Position numbers and translations under genes: made by a program | Assembly (NCBI GenBank): GCA_028866155.1 | Contig: JAGWIT010000001.1 | Span: forward strand, 165 to 64,164 | From: Patescibacteria group bacterium | Lineage (GTDB): Bacteria; Patescibacteriota; Minisyncoccia; Phycocordibacterales; SBAW01 | DNA length: 64,000 bases | Reading direction: 5' to 3' | Notes under the pieces: model-generated | The model's database searches: none | What the model saw: the letters and a program-made list of their open reading frames with translations, nothing else | Told to the model about the DNA's origin: nothing | Shown here: in pieces, positions 38,318 to 46,946 of the stretch | Layout of the letters: each line of letters starts with the position of its first letter | Numbering within the stretch: position 1 is the first letter of the stretch

Positions 38318-40573
38318 TTACTTCGCGACTGCCAGCGCCTCGTCAAATTTGACTGATAACAGTTTTGAGACGCCGTCTTGGCCCATCGTGACGCCGTAGA
38401 GGATGCCCGCGCGGCTCATCGTCTCGCGGTTGTGCGTGATAACAATAAGCTGGCTGTGCTGTGCGAGCGTCTCAACCATGTCGCCGTAGCGGCGCGAGTT
38501 GGCTTCGTCGAGCGCCGCGTCGGTCTCGTCAAGAATAAGAAACGGCGGCGGGTTGACCTGCGACATCGCGAAGATGAGCGCTATTGAGGTGAGCGCACGC
38601 TCGCCGCCCGAGAGCATGTGGAGCCCTTTAACACGCTTGTGCGGGAGCGAGATAGTGATATCGACGCCTTCTTCAACTTCGATATCTTCTTCATCCGCTT
38701 CTTCATCTTTGAGCTCCGCTGCGTCCGCCGAAACCTTGGAGTAGGAGGAACGCAGTTTTTTTTCTTTGACGGTCTGCAGCATTGCCGAGCCGCCACCGAA
38801 CATAAGCTTGAAGAATTTGTCGAACTCGCCGTTTATTTTGCCTATCCCGTCGACAAAGCGCAGTTCGAGCGTCTTGGTGAGTTCGGCTATAAGCGCGCGC
38901 AACTGCTCGGCCGAGTCGTTGAGGTCGGCAAGCTCGCAGCTCAGAAACTGGTCGCGCTCGCTCGTTTCTTTAAACTCTTTGAGCACCTCGGTGTGATTGC
39001 CGGTGCCTACCTCCTCGAGCTTGATGATAAGCCGCTGCAATTTGCGGCGGCGCTCTTCCTGCACTTGGCGGTCTTCGTCGGCGATGTCCGCATCAGACAC
39101 CGCTTCCCCGCTGTTGTTGCGAACGACAGGCGAGTCATAGTCTATTGCCGCGCCGGCGAGCGCGCTTGCCTCACCGAGTTCGCGCTTAAAGTTCTCCTCC
39201 TCGCGGCTCAGAAGCTCCTCGCGGCCCTTCAGCGACGCGAGCACCGCCTCAAGTTCGCTGCGCCGGCTCATTGCGGCAAACAACTCGCGCTCGGCGTCGC
39301 GCGAGGCGTCCTTCTCGCTCTCGATGCTACGGCGCAGAGCTTCGGTAGCTTTGCGCACGCGCTCTTCCTGTGCCCCAAGTTCGTGCATTTCTTTTTCAAG
39401 CGCGGATTTTTTGGCGGCTAGAGCGCCTTTGTTATTTTCAGCCCTATCTTCCGGGCGGCTCTGGATCCGGCGCATGAACTCCTTCGCCAAAATCACGAGC
39501 GCGTTCAGCTTGGTTTTGAGCCGCTCTATTTCGCTCAAGGCAAGAGTCTGCTCCAGTTCACTTAATACTCGTTCGGCAAACGTGCGCGCCTCTTCCGCAG
39601 GGATGCTTTCCTCAACCGCGCCGCTCAAGCGCTCAAGCGCCCTCAGCTCGCCTTCGATACGGCCCAATTCGCGCGATATCTCATCGCGCCGCATGCGCAG
39701 GTTGCGGCCCTCTTCCTCAAGCCGCATAAGCTCCTGCGTGCCGGCGTCCTTGCCGTGCGTTTTGGCAAGCTCGTCGCGCAAGTGCTTTATTTTGTGCTCG
39801 AGTTCTTGATGGAGGCGTGCGGGCTCGTCGCGCTCATCGACGAGCAATGCGGCCGTGATGCGCAGATACACGCTCTCGCGTTTTAAATATTCGGCGTATT
39901 TTTGGGCCACGTCATCGCGCAGAGCGTGCGACTCCTCTATCTTTTTGACCTGCGCCTGCAAGAATTTTAGATGGGGAGTAAGCTCACGGCGAGAGACCTC
40001 GACCTCGCGCATATTCTCCCCCGTCTTCTCGAGCTTTCGCTCGGCCTCTTCTCTTTTATACAAATAGGCGGTCAGTCCGAGCGCGTCTTCTATCATCTCG
40101 CGGCGCTCGATGAGCGTCGCGGTCAAAACGCGGTCGGCCTCGCCCTGCGAGATGATGTGGTGCCCGCTTGCTCCGATATTTGCCTGGCTCAAAAGCTCGG
40201 CGATATCGCGCAGGCGCACCACCGAGCCGTTGAGCATATATTCATTGATGCCGCTGCGGTGCACCACGCGCTCGAGCGACACTTCGTCAAAGTCCAAGTT
40301 CAATGCGCGATCGCTGTTGTCAAACACAAGCTTCACCGAAGCGCGGCCCGCCCGTGGCGAGGCGGCCGAACCATTCCAAATCAAATCCTCGCCACGCTTG
40401 CCGCGCATAGACTTCATCGACTGCTCGCCGAGCACAAAGCGGAAGCTCTCGGCAATATTTGATTTGCCCGAGCCGTTGGGCCCCACCACCGAGGTAATAG
40501 CCGAGCCAAACTCCAACTGAGTCTTTTTGGCAAAGGATTTAAACCCCGCAAGTTCGATGCTTTTGAGCCGCAT
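38318..40573 (-). CDS. smc: SMC-family chromosome segregation ATPase, short form (751 aa)
   Basis: N-terminal Walker A (GPNGSGKSNI), a long coiled coil, and the C-terminal signature LSGGERALTSIALIFAM...LILDETDAALD. Confidence 0.65.
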   Translation of the reverse strand: MRLKSIELAGFKSFAKKTQLEFGSAITSVVGPNGSGKSNIAESFRFVLGEQSMKSMRGKRGEDLIWNGSAASPRAGRASVKLVFDNSDRALNLDFDEVSLERVVHRSGINEYMLNGSVVRLRDIAELLSQANIGASGHHIISQGEADRVLTATLIERREMIEDALGLTAYLYKREEAERKLEKTGENMREVEVSRRELTPHLKFLQAQVKKIEESHALRDDVAQKYAEYLKRESVYLRITAALLVDERDEPARLHQELEHKIKHLRDELAKTHGKDAGTQELMRLEEEGRNLRMRRDEISRELGRIEGELRALERLSGAVEESIPAEEARTFAERVLSELEQTLALSEIERLKTKLNALVILAKEFMRRIQSRPEDRAENNKGALAAKKSALEKEMHELGAQEERVRKATEALRRSIESEKDASRDAERELFAAMSRRSELEAVLASLKGREELLSREEENFKRELGEASALAGAAIDYDSPVVRNNSGEAVSDADIADEDRQVQEERRRKLQRLIIKLEEVGTGNHTEVLKEFKETSERDQFLSCELADLNDSAEQLRALIAELTKTLELRFVDGIGKINGEFDKFFKLMFGGGSAMLQTVKEKKLRSSYSKVSADAAELKDEEADEEDIEVEEGVDITISLPHKRVKGLHMLSGGERALTSIALIFAMSQVNPPPFLILDETDAALDEANSRRYGDMVETLAQHSQLIVITHNRETMSRAGILYGVTMGQDGVSKLLSVKFDEALAVAK

Positions 40574-40583
40574 TTAAACTATT

Positions 40584-41279
40584 TTACCACCCGTTTTTCT
40601 CAAGGGCGGCTTGGGCTGCCGCTTGTTCGGCTTCCTGCTTGGCTTTGCCGGAGCCTTCGGCGATGAGCTTGTCTTTGACGTATACGCCGACGACAAAACG
40701 CTTGTCATGGTCGGGGCCGGCCTCTTTGAGGACCGAGTAATAGGGGGTAACGCCCTCCACCTCCTGCACCTTTTCCTGCAAGGCCGATTTGGAGTCCTGC
40801 CACAGCTTCTTTTTTATTATCTCGTCGATCTTGGGGAAGAGATGTTCCGAGATGAATGCGCGCGCGGCGTCATAGCCCTGGTCGAGGTAGATGGCGCCGA
40901 CCACCGCCTCAAACGCATTGGCGAGCAAAACGCCGCGCGCACGGCCCGTGTCCTTTGCCTCCCCGCGGCTAAGCAGAAGGTAATCGTTCATCCCCAATTT
41001 TTGAGCGACCTCCGAAAGCGTCACCGCGTTGACCAGCGCCGCGCGATACGCGGTTAAATCGCCCTCGGGTTTGTCGGGGAATTTTTCATACAAAAAGTGC
41101 GTCGATATGAGCTCGAGCACGGCGTCGCCCAAAAACTCGAGCCGCTCGTTGTGGCCGCCCTTCTCCCCGCGGTGCTCGTTAAGGTAGGAGCGGTGGGTAA
41201 ACGCCTGCCGCAAAAGCGAAAGATCATTGAACGAAACGCCGAGCGTCTCTTCGAACGATTGAAAATCTCTGCCTGGCAT
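40584..41279 (-). CDS. rnc: Ribonuclease III
   Basis: ERLEFLGDAVLEL signature and a C-terminal dsRBD. Confidence 0.85.
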   Translation of the reverse strand: MPGRDFQSFEETLGVSFNDLSLLRQAFTHRSYLNEHRGEKGGHNERLEFLGDAVLELISTHFLYEKFPDKPEGDLTAYRAALVNAVTLSEVAQKLGMNDYLLLSRGEAKDTGRARGVLLANAFEAVVGAIYLDQGYDAARAFISEHLFPKIDEIIKKKLWQDSKSALQEKVQEVEGVTPYYSVLKEAGPDHDKRFVVGVYVKDKLIAEGSGKAKQEAEQAAAQAALEKNGW

Positions 41280-41285
41280 GCTTGT

Positions 41286-42203
41286 TTATTTTTTCTGGTT
41301 TTTAATCTGTATTTTTTGCAGTGCTTTCGTCACGATGGGCAGCACGTCGTCATAGAAGTTGAGTTCCAAAGCGTCCTGCAAACGAAACCACTTTGCGTCA
41401 TCGAGCCCCCCGGTCTGCTTCAGCGTAATCTCGGCGTACGGTGACTCGGCCAAAAAATACGTCACCTGCTTGCGCTTCTTCCCCACCTCCGGGTCCGAAG
41501 CGATATATTCGTTGTCACCGACCTTTTCCTTAAGCGTGATATCAAGATTCATCTCCTCTTTTATCTCGCGGATAGTGCCTTCCTCGACGGTTTCATTGGC
41601 AATCTCGGGCTTGTCGCCTATCTTGCCCTTGCTTAGCGTCCAATGGCCAAAAATGTCGTGGACGACCGCGAGATATATGTCGCCTTGATGCCTGGCGTAC
41701 ACCACCGCGCCGCCGAGCTTCTCAACGGGCATCTGCGCGTAAGGCACGTCCTTCTTCTTTTTTGAGACTTCGTCCTTGCCGGGCTCGCCCAGCTCTTTGT
41801 AGACCGCGCCTAAGACGCCGTTGACAAAGCGGCCGCTGTTCTCGCCGCCGAAGCTTTTGGCAAGCTCTATCGCTTCGTTGATAGCGACTTTTGCCGGCAC
41901 CTTTTGCCGGTCGGAGAATAATAGTTCATATAACCCGAGACGCAAAACATTGCGGTCAACCGGCGCTATGCGCGAAAGAGGCCACTCGGGCGCGGCCTTT
42001 TCTATCACCAAATCCAAGTCAGAGCGGCGCGCGACCACCCCTTTAAGCAACTCTTCCATAAACGGCAAGTCGCCCGCCTGGGGGGCAAACTCGGCCGCGT
42101 TTCTTTCAAGTGCAAATTTCGCATCACCAGCAGTGATACTGCGAAAGTCCCACTCGAAGAGCGTCTGGAGGACGACCGATCGTGACAGGTGCCGGTTTGC
42201 CAT
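41286..42203 (-). CDS. nusB: NusB transcription antitermination factor fused to a C-terminal NUDIX-like hydrolase domain
   Basis: The N-terminal ~140 aa are classic NusB (VDRNVLRLGLYEL, VAINEAIELAKSFGGENSGRFVNGVL). The C-terminal ~150 aa carry a Nudix-box-like REIKEEMNL preceded by GKIGDKPE. Confidence 0.7.
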   Translation of the reverse strand: MANRHLSRSVVLQTLFEWDFRSITAGDAKFALERNAAEFAPQAGDLPFMEELLKGVVARRSDLDLVIEKAAPEWPLSRIAPVDRNVLRLGLYELLFSDRQKVPAKVAINEAIELAKSFGGENSGRFVNGVLGAVYKELGEPGKDEVSKKKKDVPYAQMPVEKLGGAVVYARHQGDIYLAVVHDIFGHWTLSKGKIGDKPEIANETVEEGTIREIKEEMNLDITLKEKVGDNEYIASDPEVGKKRKQVTYFLAESPYAEITLKQTGGLDDAKWFRLQDALELNFYDDVLPIVTKALQKIQIKNQKK

Positions 42204-42251
42204 ATGTTAAAGAAGAACTTCCCTGAGCGCCCGTAACCAAAGAGCTGTGTC

Positions 42252-42476
42252 TTATTTTTCGGCCTTGACCTTCGCCTCCTTGCGGGCGGCGCGGGCCCTC
42301 GCCTTGGCTGCGAAGTCGATGACCACCTTCCCATTATACCGCCCGCATGCCGGGCATGCGCGATGAGACACGCGCATGTTCCCGCACTCGCACTTGACGA
42401 GCGAGTGGGCCTTGAGCGCGTGGTGCGACCGGCGGTTAGCCGTGTGCGCACGGGTATGTCGCATTCGTACAACCAT
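42252..42476 (-). CDS. rpmF: 50S ribosomal protein L32
   Basis: RRSHHAL and C..CG....HRACPACGRYNGK zinc-ribbon pattern of L32. Confidence 0.75.
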   Translation of the reverse strand: MVVRMRHTRAHTANRRSHHALKAHSLVKCECGNMRVSHRACPACGRYNGKVVIDFAAKARARAARKEAKVKAEK

Positions 42477-42589
42477 GCCAGCACTATATCATCTTCTTAT
42501 ATTTGACGCCAGCTAAAGCCGGCTATGAGCTAAAAAAGACAAACCGGGCGCTGTGAGCGTCCGGTTCTTATTTTTTGCTGAACGAAATC

Positions 42590-42880
42590 TTATGCCGCTT
42601 TAACTTGGTACCCGCTATCGGCCATATCCTGCATGACCATTTGGTTGACCTCTTCAACCGTGGTCGCATTCACATGAAAAGCATTGCAATAGCCGGTCGT
42701 AGGCGGACTTCCCTTATGAGGACACTCGCCTGTGCCATGATGCTTGCAAAACTTACCGCATACCGAAGGATTTTCTCGCCGATACCCTTGTACGATCTCG
42801 GACATCGTCTTGCCGTCGTATTCTTGCTCGATCGGCCTGGACTTGCTTCGGCGGGTAATTAACCTCTCCCCTTCATTCAC
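42590..42880 (-). CDS. Small Cys/His-containing hypothetical protein (96 aa)
   Basis: CGKFCKHHGTGECPHKG cluster. Lower GC. It lies upstream of rpmF on the same strand. Confidence 0.35.
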   Translation of the reverse strand: MNEGERLITRRSKSRPIEQEYDGKTMSEIVQGYRRENPSVCGKFCKHHGTGECPHKGSPPTTGYCNAFHVNATTVEEVNQMVMQDMADSGYQVKAA

Positions 42881-42946
42881 GGCATTTCCCCTATTTCCTT
42901 TGAGTGGCCCTTTTACGCGATGAATTACAGAACAACCAGCTACAAA

Positions 42947-43543
42947 CTATATCGCGGACTCGTACCATTTGCAATAACTGCGGCGGTGGATTTCGCTCAA
43001 GCCAAATTGCCGTATTGCGTCATAATGCATCTTTGTTCCGTATCCCTTGTGCGACTCAAAGCCGTAGTTAGGAAACTTTTTAGCCATGCGCTTCATCAAG
43101 CGGTCGCGCTCGACCTTGGCGGCTATCGAGGCGAGCGAAATTATAGGCTGTGATTCGTCGCCATTGATTATTGTTTCCTGAACATATTGAGATGGCGCGT
43201 ATAAAAGCCCGTCGAGTTTGATTGAAACGACCGCGGGCTCGGGCGCGAGCGCTCGCACGCCGCTGATGATGGCTTTTTTAACCGCTTTGGTGATGCCAAG
43301 CTCGTCGATTGTCAAATGATCTGAAAATCTCACGACAAACTCAATGTCGCCCGTTTTCTTGCGCCCGAGCAGCTGTTCATAAATTTCCTCGCGCGCACTT
43401 GCGGTCAATTGTTTTGAATCCTTAGTGCCCGGGAATTCTTTTAAAACATCAAAATTGAGCGGCACCCGGACAAACCCCACCGAAACCGGACCTGCCAAAG
43501 GCGCCCGTCCCGCCTCATCCACGCCAATGAGAAACTGGTGCAT
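42947..43543 (-). CDS. rnhB: Ribonuclease HII
   Basis: GVDEAGRAPLAGPV N-terminal catalytic motif. Confidence 0.85.
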   Translation of the reverse strand: MHQFLIGVDEAGRAPLAGPVSVGFVRVPLNFDVLKEFPGTKDSKQLTASAREEIYEQLLGRKKTGDIEFVVRFSDHLTIDELGITKAVKKAIISGVRALAPEPAVVSIKLDGLLYAPSQYVQETIINGDESQPIISLASIAAKVERDRLMKRMAKKFPNYGFESHKGYGTKMHYDAIRQFGLSEIHRRSYCKWYESAI

Positions 43544-43586
43544 TAGGACATTCTATCAGAACTGGCTCAAGAGAGGAGCGCGGGGG

Positions 43587-43592
43587 TATACT
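43587..43592 (+). promoter_or_regulatory. -10 hexamer TATACT 6 nt upstream of the dnaE ATG (leaderless)
   Basis: TATACT at 43587-43592, then CAAGCC, then ATG 43599. Confidence 0.45.
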
Positions 43593-43598
43593 CAAGCC

Positions 43599-46592
43599 AT
43601 GTCTGCGAAGTTCGTACACTTGCATGTCCATTCGCACTACACTCTGCTCGGCGCTCTGCCTAAAATCCCCGACTTGGTGAAGAAAGCGCAGGAGTTCGGA
43701 TGCACGGCGCTCGCTTTGACCGACAAGGACAACCTCTACGGCGCCATCGAATTTTATAAAGAGTGCAAAGCGGCGGGCCTCAAGCCCATTATCGGCCTTG
43801 ACGCGAGCGTCGATGGCAATAAACGACTCCTCTTATATGCGCAAAATCTCGAAGGGTACAAAAATCTGCTCGCGCTGGTGACCAAGTCGCACATGCAGGC
43901 GGACGAAAAGCCGCTGGTGACCAAAGAGATGCTCGCCGAGCACCGTGACGGGCTCATTATGCTCGATCCAGGCACCCGCGAGGCGGCATTAAGCGAAATT
44001 TATTATCTTCGCCCCGACGACCGCCGCGCGTGGGAGACGATGCGGGCTATCGAGCATGGAGCGGCCGGTGACAACGGCGACATCGACGCGGCCGGCGAAA
44101 ACTTCTACTTCCCTTCCGACAAAGAGATGGAGGAGCGCTTCACCCCCAAGCAGTTAGAAAAGACGCTCGCCATCGCCGACGAGTGCAATCTTGAGCTCAC
44201 CATCGGAAAATTCATCTTCCCCGAGTTCCCTTTGCCAAAAGGAGTCGGCGCCGACGAGTATTTGCGCGACCTGTGCATGAAAGGTTTGAAGGCGCGGGGG
44301 TTTGAGGACCGTGCCGACGTTCTCCTGCGCCTCAACTATGAACTCGACATCATTAAGTTTAAAGGATACGCGGCGTACTTTTTGGTCGTCGAGGATCTCA
44401 TCCGCTTCGCACACGAGCACGGCATCTACTCGACCATCCGCGGCTCGGTCGCGGGTTCGATGACCACCTACGTGCTTAATATCACGACCATCGACCCGCT
44501 CGCATACAAAATCCCGTTCGAGCGGTTCCTCAACCCCGAGCGGCCCTCCGCGCCCGACATCGACATGGACTTCGCCGACGACCGGCGCGACGAAGTGATA
44601 GGGTACGCGCGCAAAAAATACGGCGAGGACAAGGTCGCGCAGATAGGCACCTTCGGCACGATGCTTGCGCGCGGCGTCGTCCGCGACGTCGCGCGCGCTT
44701 TGGGCCACCCCTACGGCACCGGCGACCGTATAGCCAAAGAGATCCCCTTCGGCTCGCAGGGCTTCCCGATGACGCTCGAGCGCGCTCTTGAGGAAAATCC
44801 CGAACTGGCAAAAATATATAAAAGCGAAAAGGATGCAAAAGAGATCATCGACCTCGGCAAAAAAATAGAAGGATGCGCGCGGCATATCTCGGTGCACGCC
44901 GCCGGCGTCGTCATCGCTCCGCACCCGCTCATCGAGTATGCGCCGCTCCAGCTCGACCCTAAGGGCGGCAAAATAATCACTCAGTACGACATGTACTCGG
45001 TCGGCGAGGATGGCGTCGGTCTCACCAAGTTCGACTTTTTAGGCATCCGAAACCTCTCCATCCTCGCCTCAGCAGTCGAGCTGGTCAAAACAACGCGCGG
45101 CAAAAATATCGATATCGAGAACATACCCATCGACGACAAAAAAACATACGAGATGCTCACCGTGGGCCATACCGAGGGCACCTTTCAGCTCAACGGCGCG
45201 GGGATGACGCGGTTTCTCAAAGAGCTGAGGCCGACAACGATACATGACATCAACGCGATGGTAGCGCTGTTTCGCCCGGGCCCGATGCAATTCATCCCGC
45301 AGTACATCGAGCGCAAGCACAACCCCGCGCTCATCCGCTACATGGACCCCGCCATGGAGCCTATCCTCAAACAAACCTATGGCATCTTGGTATATCAGGA
45401 CGACTTGCTCATCATGGCACATGACCTTGCCGGCTACAGCTGGGGCGACGTCGACAAGTTCCGCAAGGCGGTCGGCAAAAAGATCCCCGCCGAGATGGAG
45501 GCGCAGAAAGAAAAGTTCATCAAGGGCTGCGTCGAACACTCACAATGGCCGCGCGCCAAAGCCGAGCTAGTGTGGGCGTGGATTGAGCCCTTTGCCGCGT
45601 ATGGGTTCAACAAAGCCCACGCGGCAAGCTATGGCAAAGTCGCCTATCAAACCGCATACCTGAAGGCCAACTTCCCCGTCGAATATATGGCGGCCGTGCT
45701 CACCGCGGAGGCGGGCGATGTCGACACGGTCTCTATCATGGTCGCGGAGTGCAAGCGCATGGGCATCCCCGTCTTGCCGCCCGATGTCAACGAAAGCTTT
45801 GGCGACTTTACCGTATTGCTGGGGCCCGGCGCCGGGCGCAGTAAAAAGGCCGCAGCGCTCGCGGGAGACATTGACCGTGACTCTATCCGCTTCGGCCTCT
45901 ACTCTATTAAGAACTTCGGCCGCGGCATCGCCGATGCCATCATCAGCGAACGCAAAGCGAGCGGCAAATTCAAAACGCTCTCCGACTTTTTGCGGCGCGT
46001 CAAAGATCAAAATTTAAATAAGAAGGCACTCGAGAGTTTAATCGAGTGCGGCGCGCTGGACAGTCTTGGCGAGCGCGGCGCCATGCTCGCCAACATCGAG
46101 CGCCTGCTGGAGTATCACCGCGAAGCGACCAGAGAGCACTCGCAGGACTCGCTCTTTTTGGGTTTGGGCAATGCGGTGAGCGACGTCACTCTCTCGCCCG
46201 CCGCCGAGGCGACGCTGGCCGACCGCTTGAAGTGGGAAAAAGAACTGCTCGGCCTGTATGTTTCGGGACATCCGCTCGATAAGTTCCGCGACAAACTTTT
46301 GAAGCGCCCGATGACGCTCAACGAGGTCAAAATAAAGATCCCGCCCGGCACCACTGCCGTTATCGCCGGTATGATAGAGGATATTCGCACCATCCTCACC
46401 AAAGGCGGCGACCAGATGGCGTTCGTGAAGCTCGCCGACTTCGACGGCTCTATCGAGGCCGTCGTCTTCCCCAAAAACTTCGCCGAATATAAAAATATCC
46501 TAAAGCCCGAGTCCTGCGTCGCCATGAAAGGGCGGCTTTCAAACCGCAACGGTGAGCTGTCGTTGGTTGCTGAACAACTCAAGAGCCTATAA
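43599..46592 (+). CDS. dnaE: DNA polymerase III alpha subunit (DnaE-type, compact ~997 aa)
   Basis: N-terminal PHP domain (VHLHVHSHYTLLGA), the polymerase core, and a C-terminal OB fold. The start is ATG 43599 (MSAKFVHL). Confidence 0.85.
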   Translation: MSAKFVHLHVHSHYTLLGALPKIPDLVKKAQEFGCTALALTDKDNLYGAIEFYKECKAAGLKPIIGLDASVDGNKRLLLYAQNLEGYKNLLALVTKSHMQADEKPLVTKEMLAEHRDGLIMLDPGTREAALSEIYYLRPDDRRAWETMRAIEHGAAGDNGDIDAAGENFYFPSDKEMEERFTPKQLEKTLAIADECNLELTIGKFIFPEFPLPKGVGADEYLRDLCMKGLKARGFEDRADVLLRLNYELDIIKFKGYAAYFLVVEDLIRFAHEHGIYSTIRGSVAGSMTTYVLNITTIDPLAYKIPFERFLNPERPSAPDIDMDFADDRRDEVIGYARKKYGEDKVAQIGTFGTMLARGVVRDVARALGHPYGTGDRIAKEIPFGSQGFPMTLERALEENPELAKIYKSEKDAKEIIDLGKKIEGCARHISVHAAGVVIAPHPLIEYAPLQLDPKGGKIITQYDMYSVGEDGVGLTKFDFLGIRNLSILASAVELVKTTRGKNIDIENIPIDDKKTYEMLTVGHTEGTFQLNGAGMTRFLKELRPTTIHDINAMVALFRPGPMQFIPQYIERKHNPALIRYMDPAMEPILKQTYGILVYQDDLLIMAHDLAGYSWGDVDKFRKAVGKKIPAEMEAQKEKFIKGCVEHSQWPRAKAELVWAWIEPFAAYGFNKAHAASYGKVAYQTAYLKANFPVEYMAAVLTAEAGDVDTVSIMVAECKRMGIPVLPPDVNESFGDFTVLLGPGAGRSKKAAALAGDIDRDSIRFGLYSIKNFGRGIADAIISERKASGKFKTLSDFLRRVKDQNLNKKALESLIECGALDSLGERGAMLANIERLLEYHREATREHSQDSLFLGLGNAVSDVTLSPAAEATLADRLKWEKELLGLYVSGHPLDKFRDKLLKRPMTLNEVKIKIPPGTTAVIAGMIEDIRTILTKGGDQMAFVKLADFDGSIEAVVFPKNFAEYKNILKPESCVAMKGRLSNRNGELSLVAEQLKSL

Positions 46593-46663
46593 TCATTGAC
46601 AATTCATGAGTTTTAAGCTACCATTTCAACTGGACTTATTCACCGTTCAAGGGAGAAAATCAG

Positions 46664-46858
46664 ATGATCTTTGGATCTTGGCAAAAGTGCCGGTGCGGCA
46701 CTCAGTTTAGAACCGAAAGATGTCCGACCTGTTTTCCGAGCACGCGACCTTTGTCGTCGCGGACAGGAAGCGCCAACCCCCCAGCAAGTTCCGAACCGTT
46801 CCCAATAAACAAGGAACGTGGAGAATCCGAAGAAAACTTTTTCAAAAACCAGCAGTGA
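46664..46858 (+). CDS. Small protein (64 aa) with an N-terminal Cys cluster (C-x-C-x8-C-x2-C) and a disordered tail
   Basis: SD GGGAG lies 8 nt upstream of ATG 46664. A candidate promoter TTGACA(46596)-17-TACCAT lies further upstream. A strong terminator follows the stop. Confidence 0.35.
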   Translation: MIFGSWQKCRCGTQFRTERCPTCFPSTRPLSSRTGSANPPASSEPFPINKERGESEENFFKNQQ

Positions 46859-46863
46859 CCCAA

Positions 46864-46907
46864 CGCCTGACTAAACAGCACCCGCTGTCGTCAGGCGATT
46901 TCTTTTG
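46864..46907 (+). terminator. Intrinsic terminator (nested GC-rich hairpin plus ATTTCTTTTG)
   Basis: CGCCTGAC...GTCAGGCG 8-bp outer stem with an inner CAGC-ACCC-GCTG hairpin, followed by a U-rich tract. Confidence 0.55.
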
Positions 46908-46946
46908 CCAAAAAAATAAACCGCGGTAGTATAAGAAACAATCATC

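Noticed and set aside
44154-45539. Minus-strand ORFs of 256 aa and 156 aa
   Set aside because: Antisense to dnaE. High-GC artefacts.
46593-46946. T-box riboswitch leader for thrS
   Set aside because: No T-box consensus, specifier loop or antiterminator. The region is instead organised as promoter-SD-ORF-terminator.
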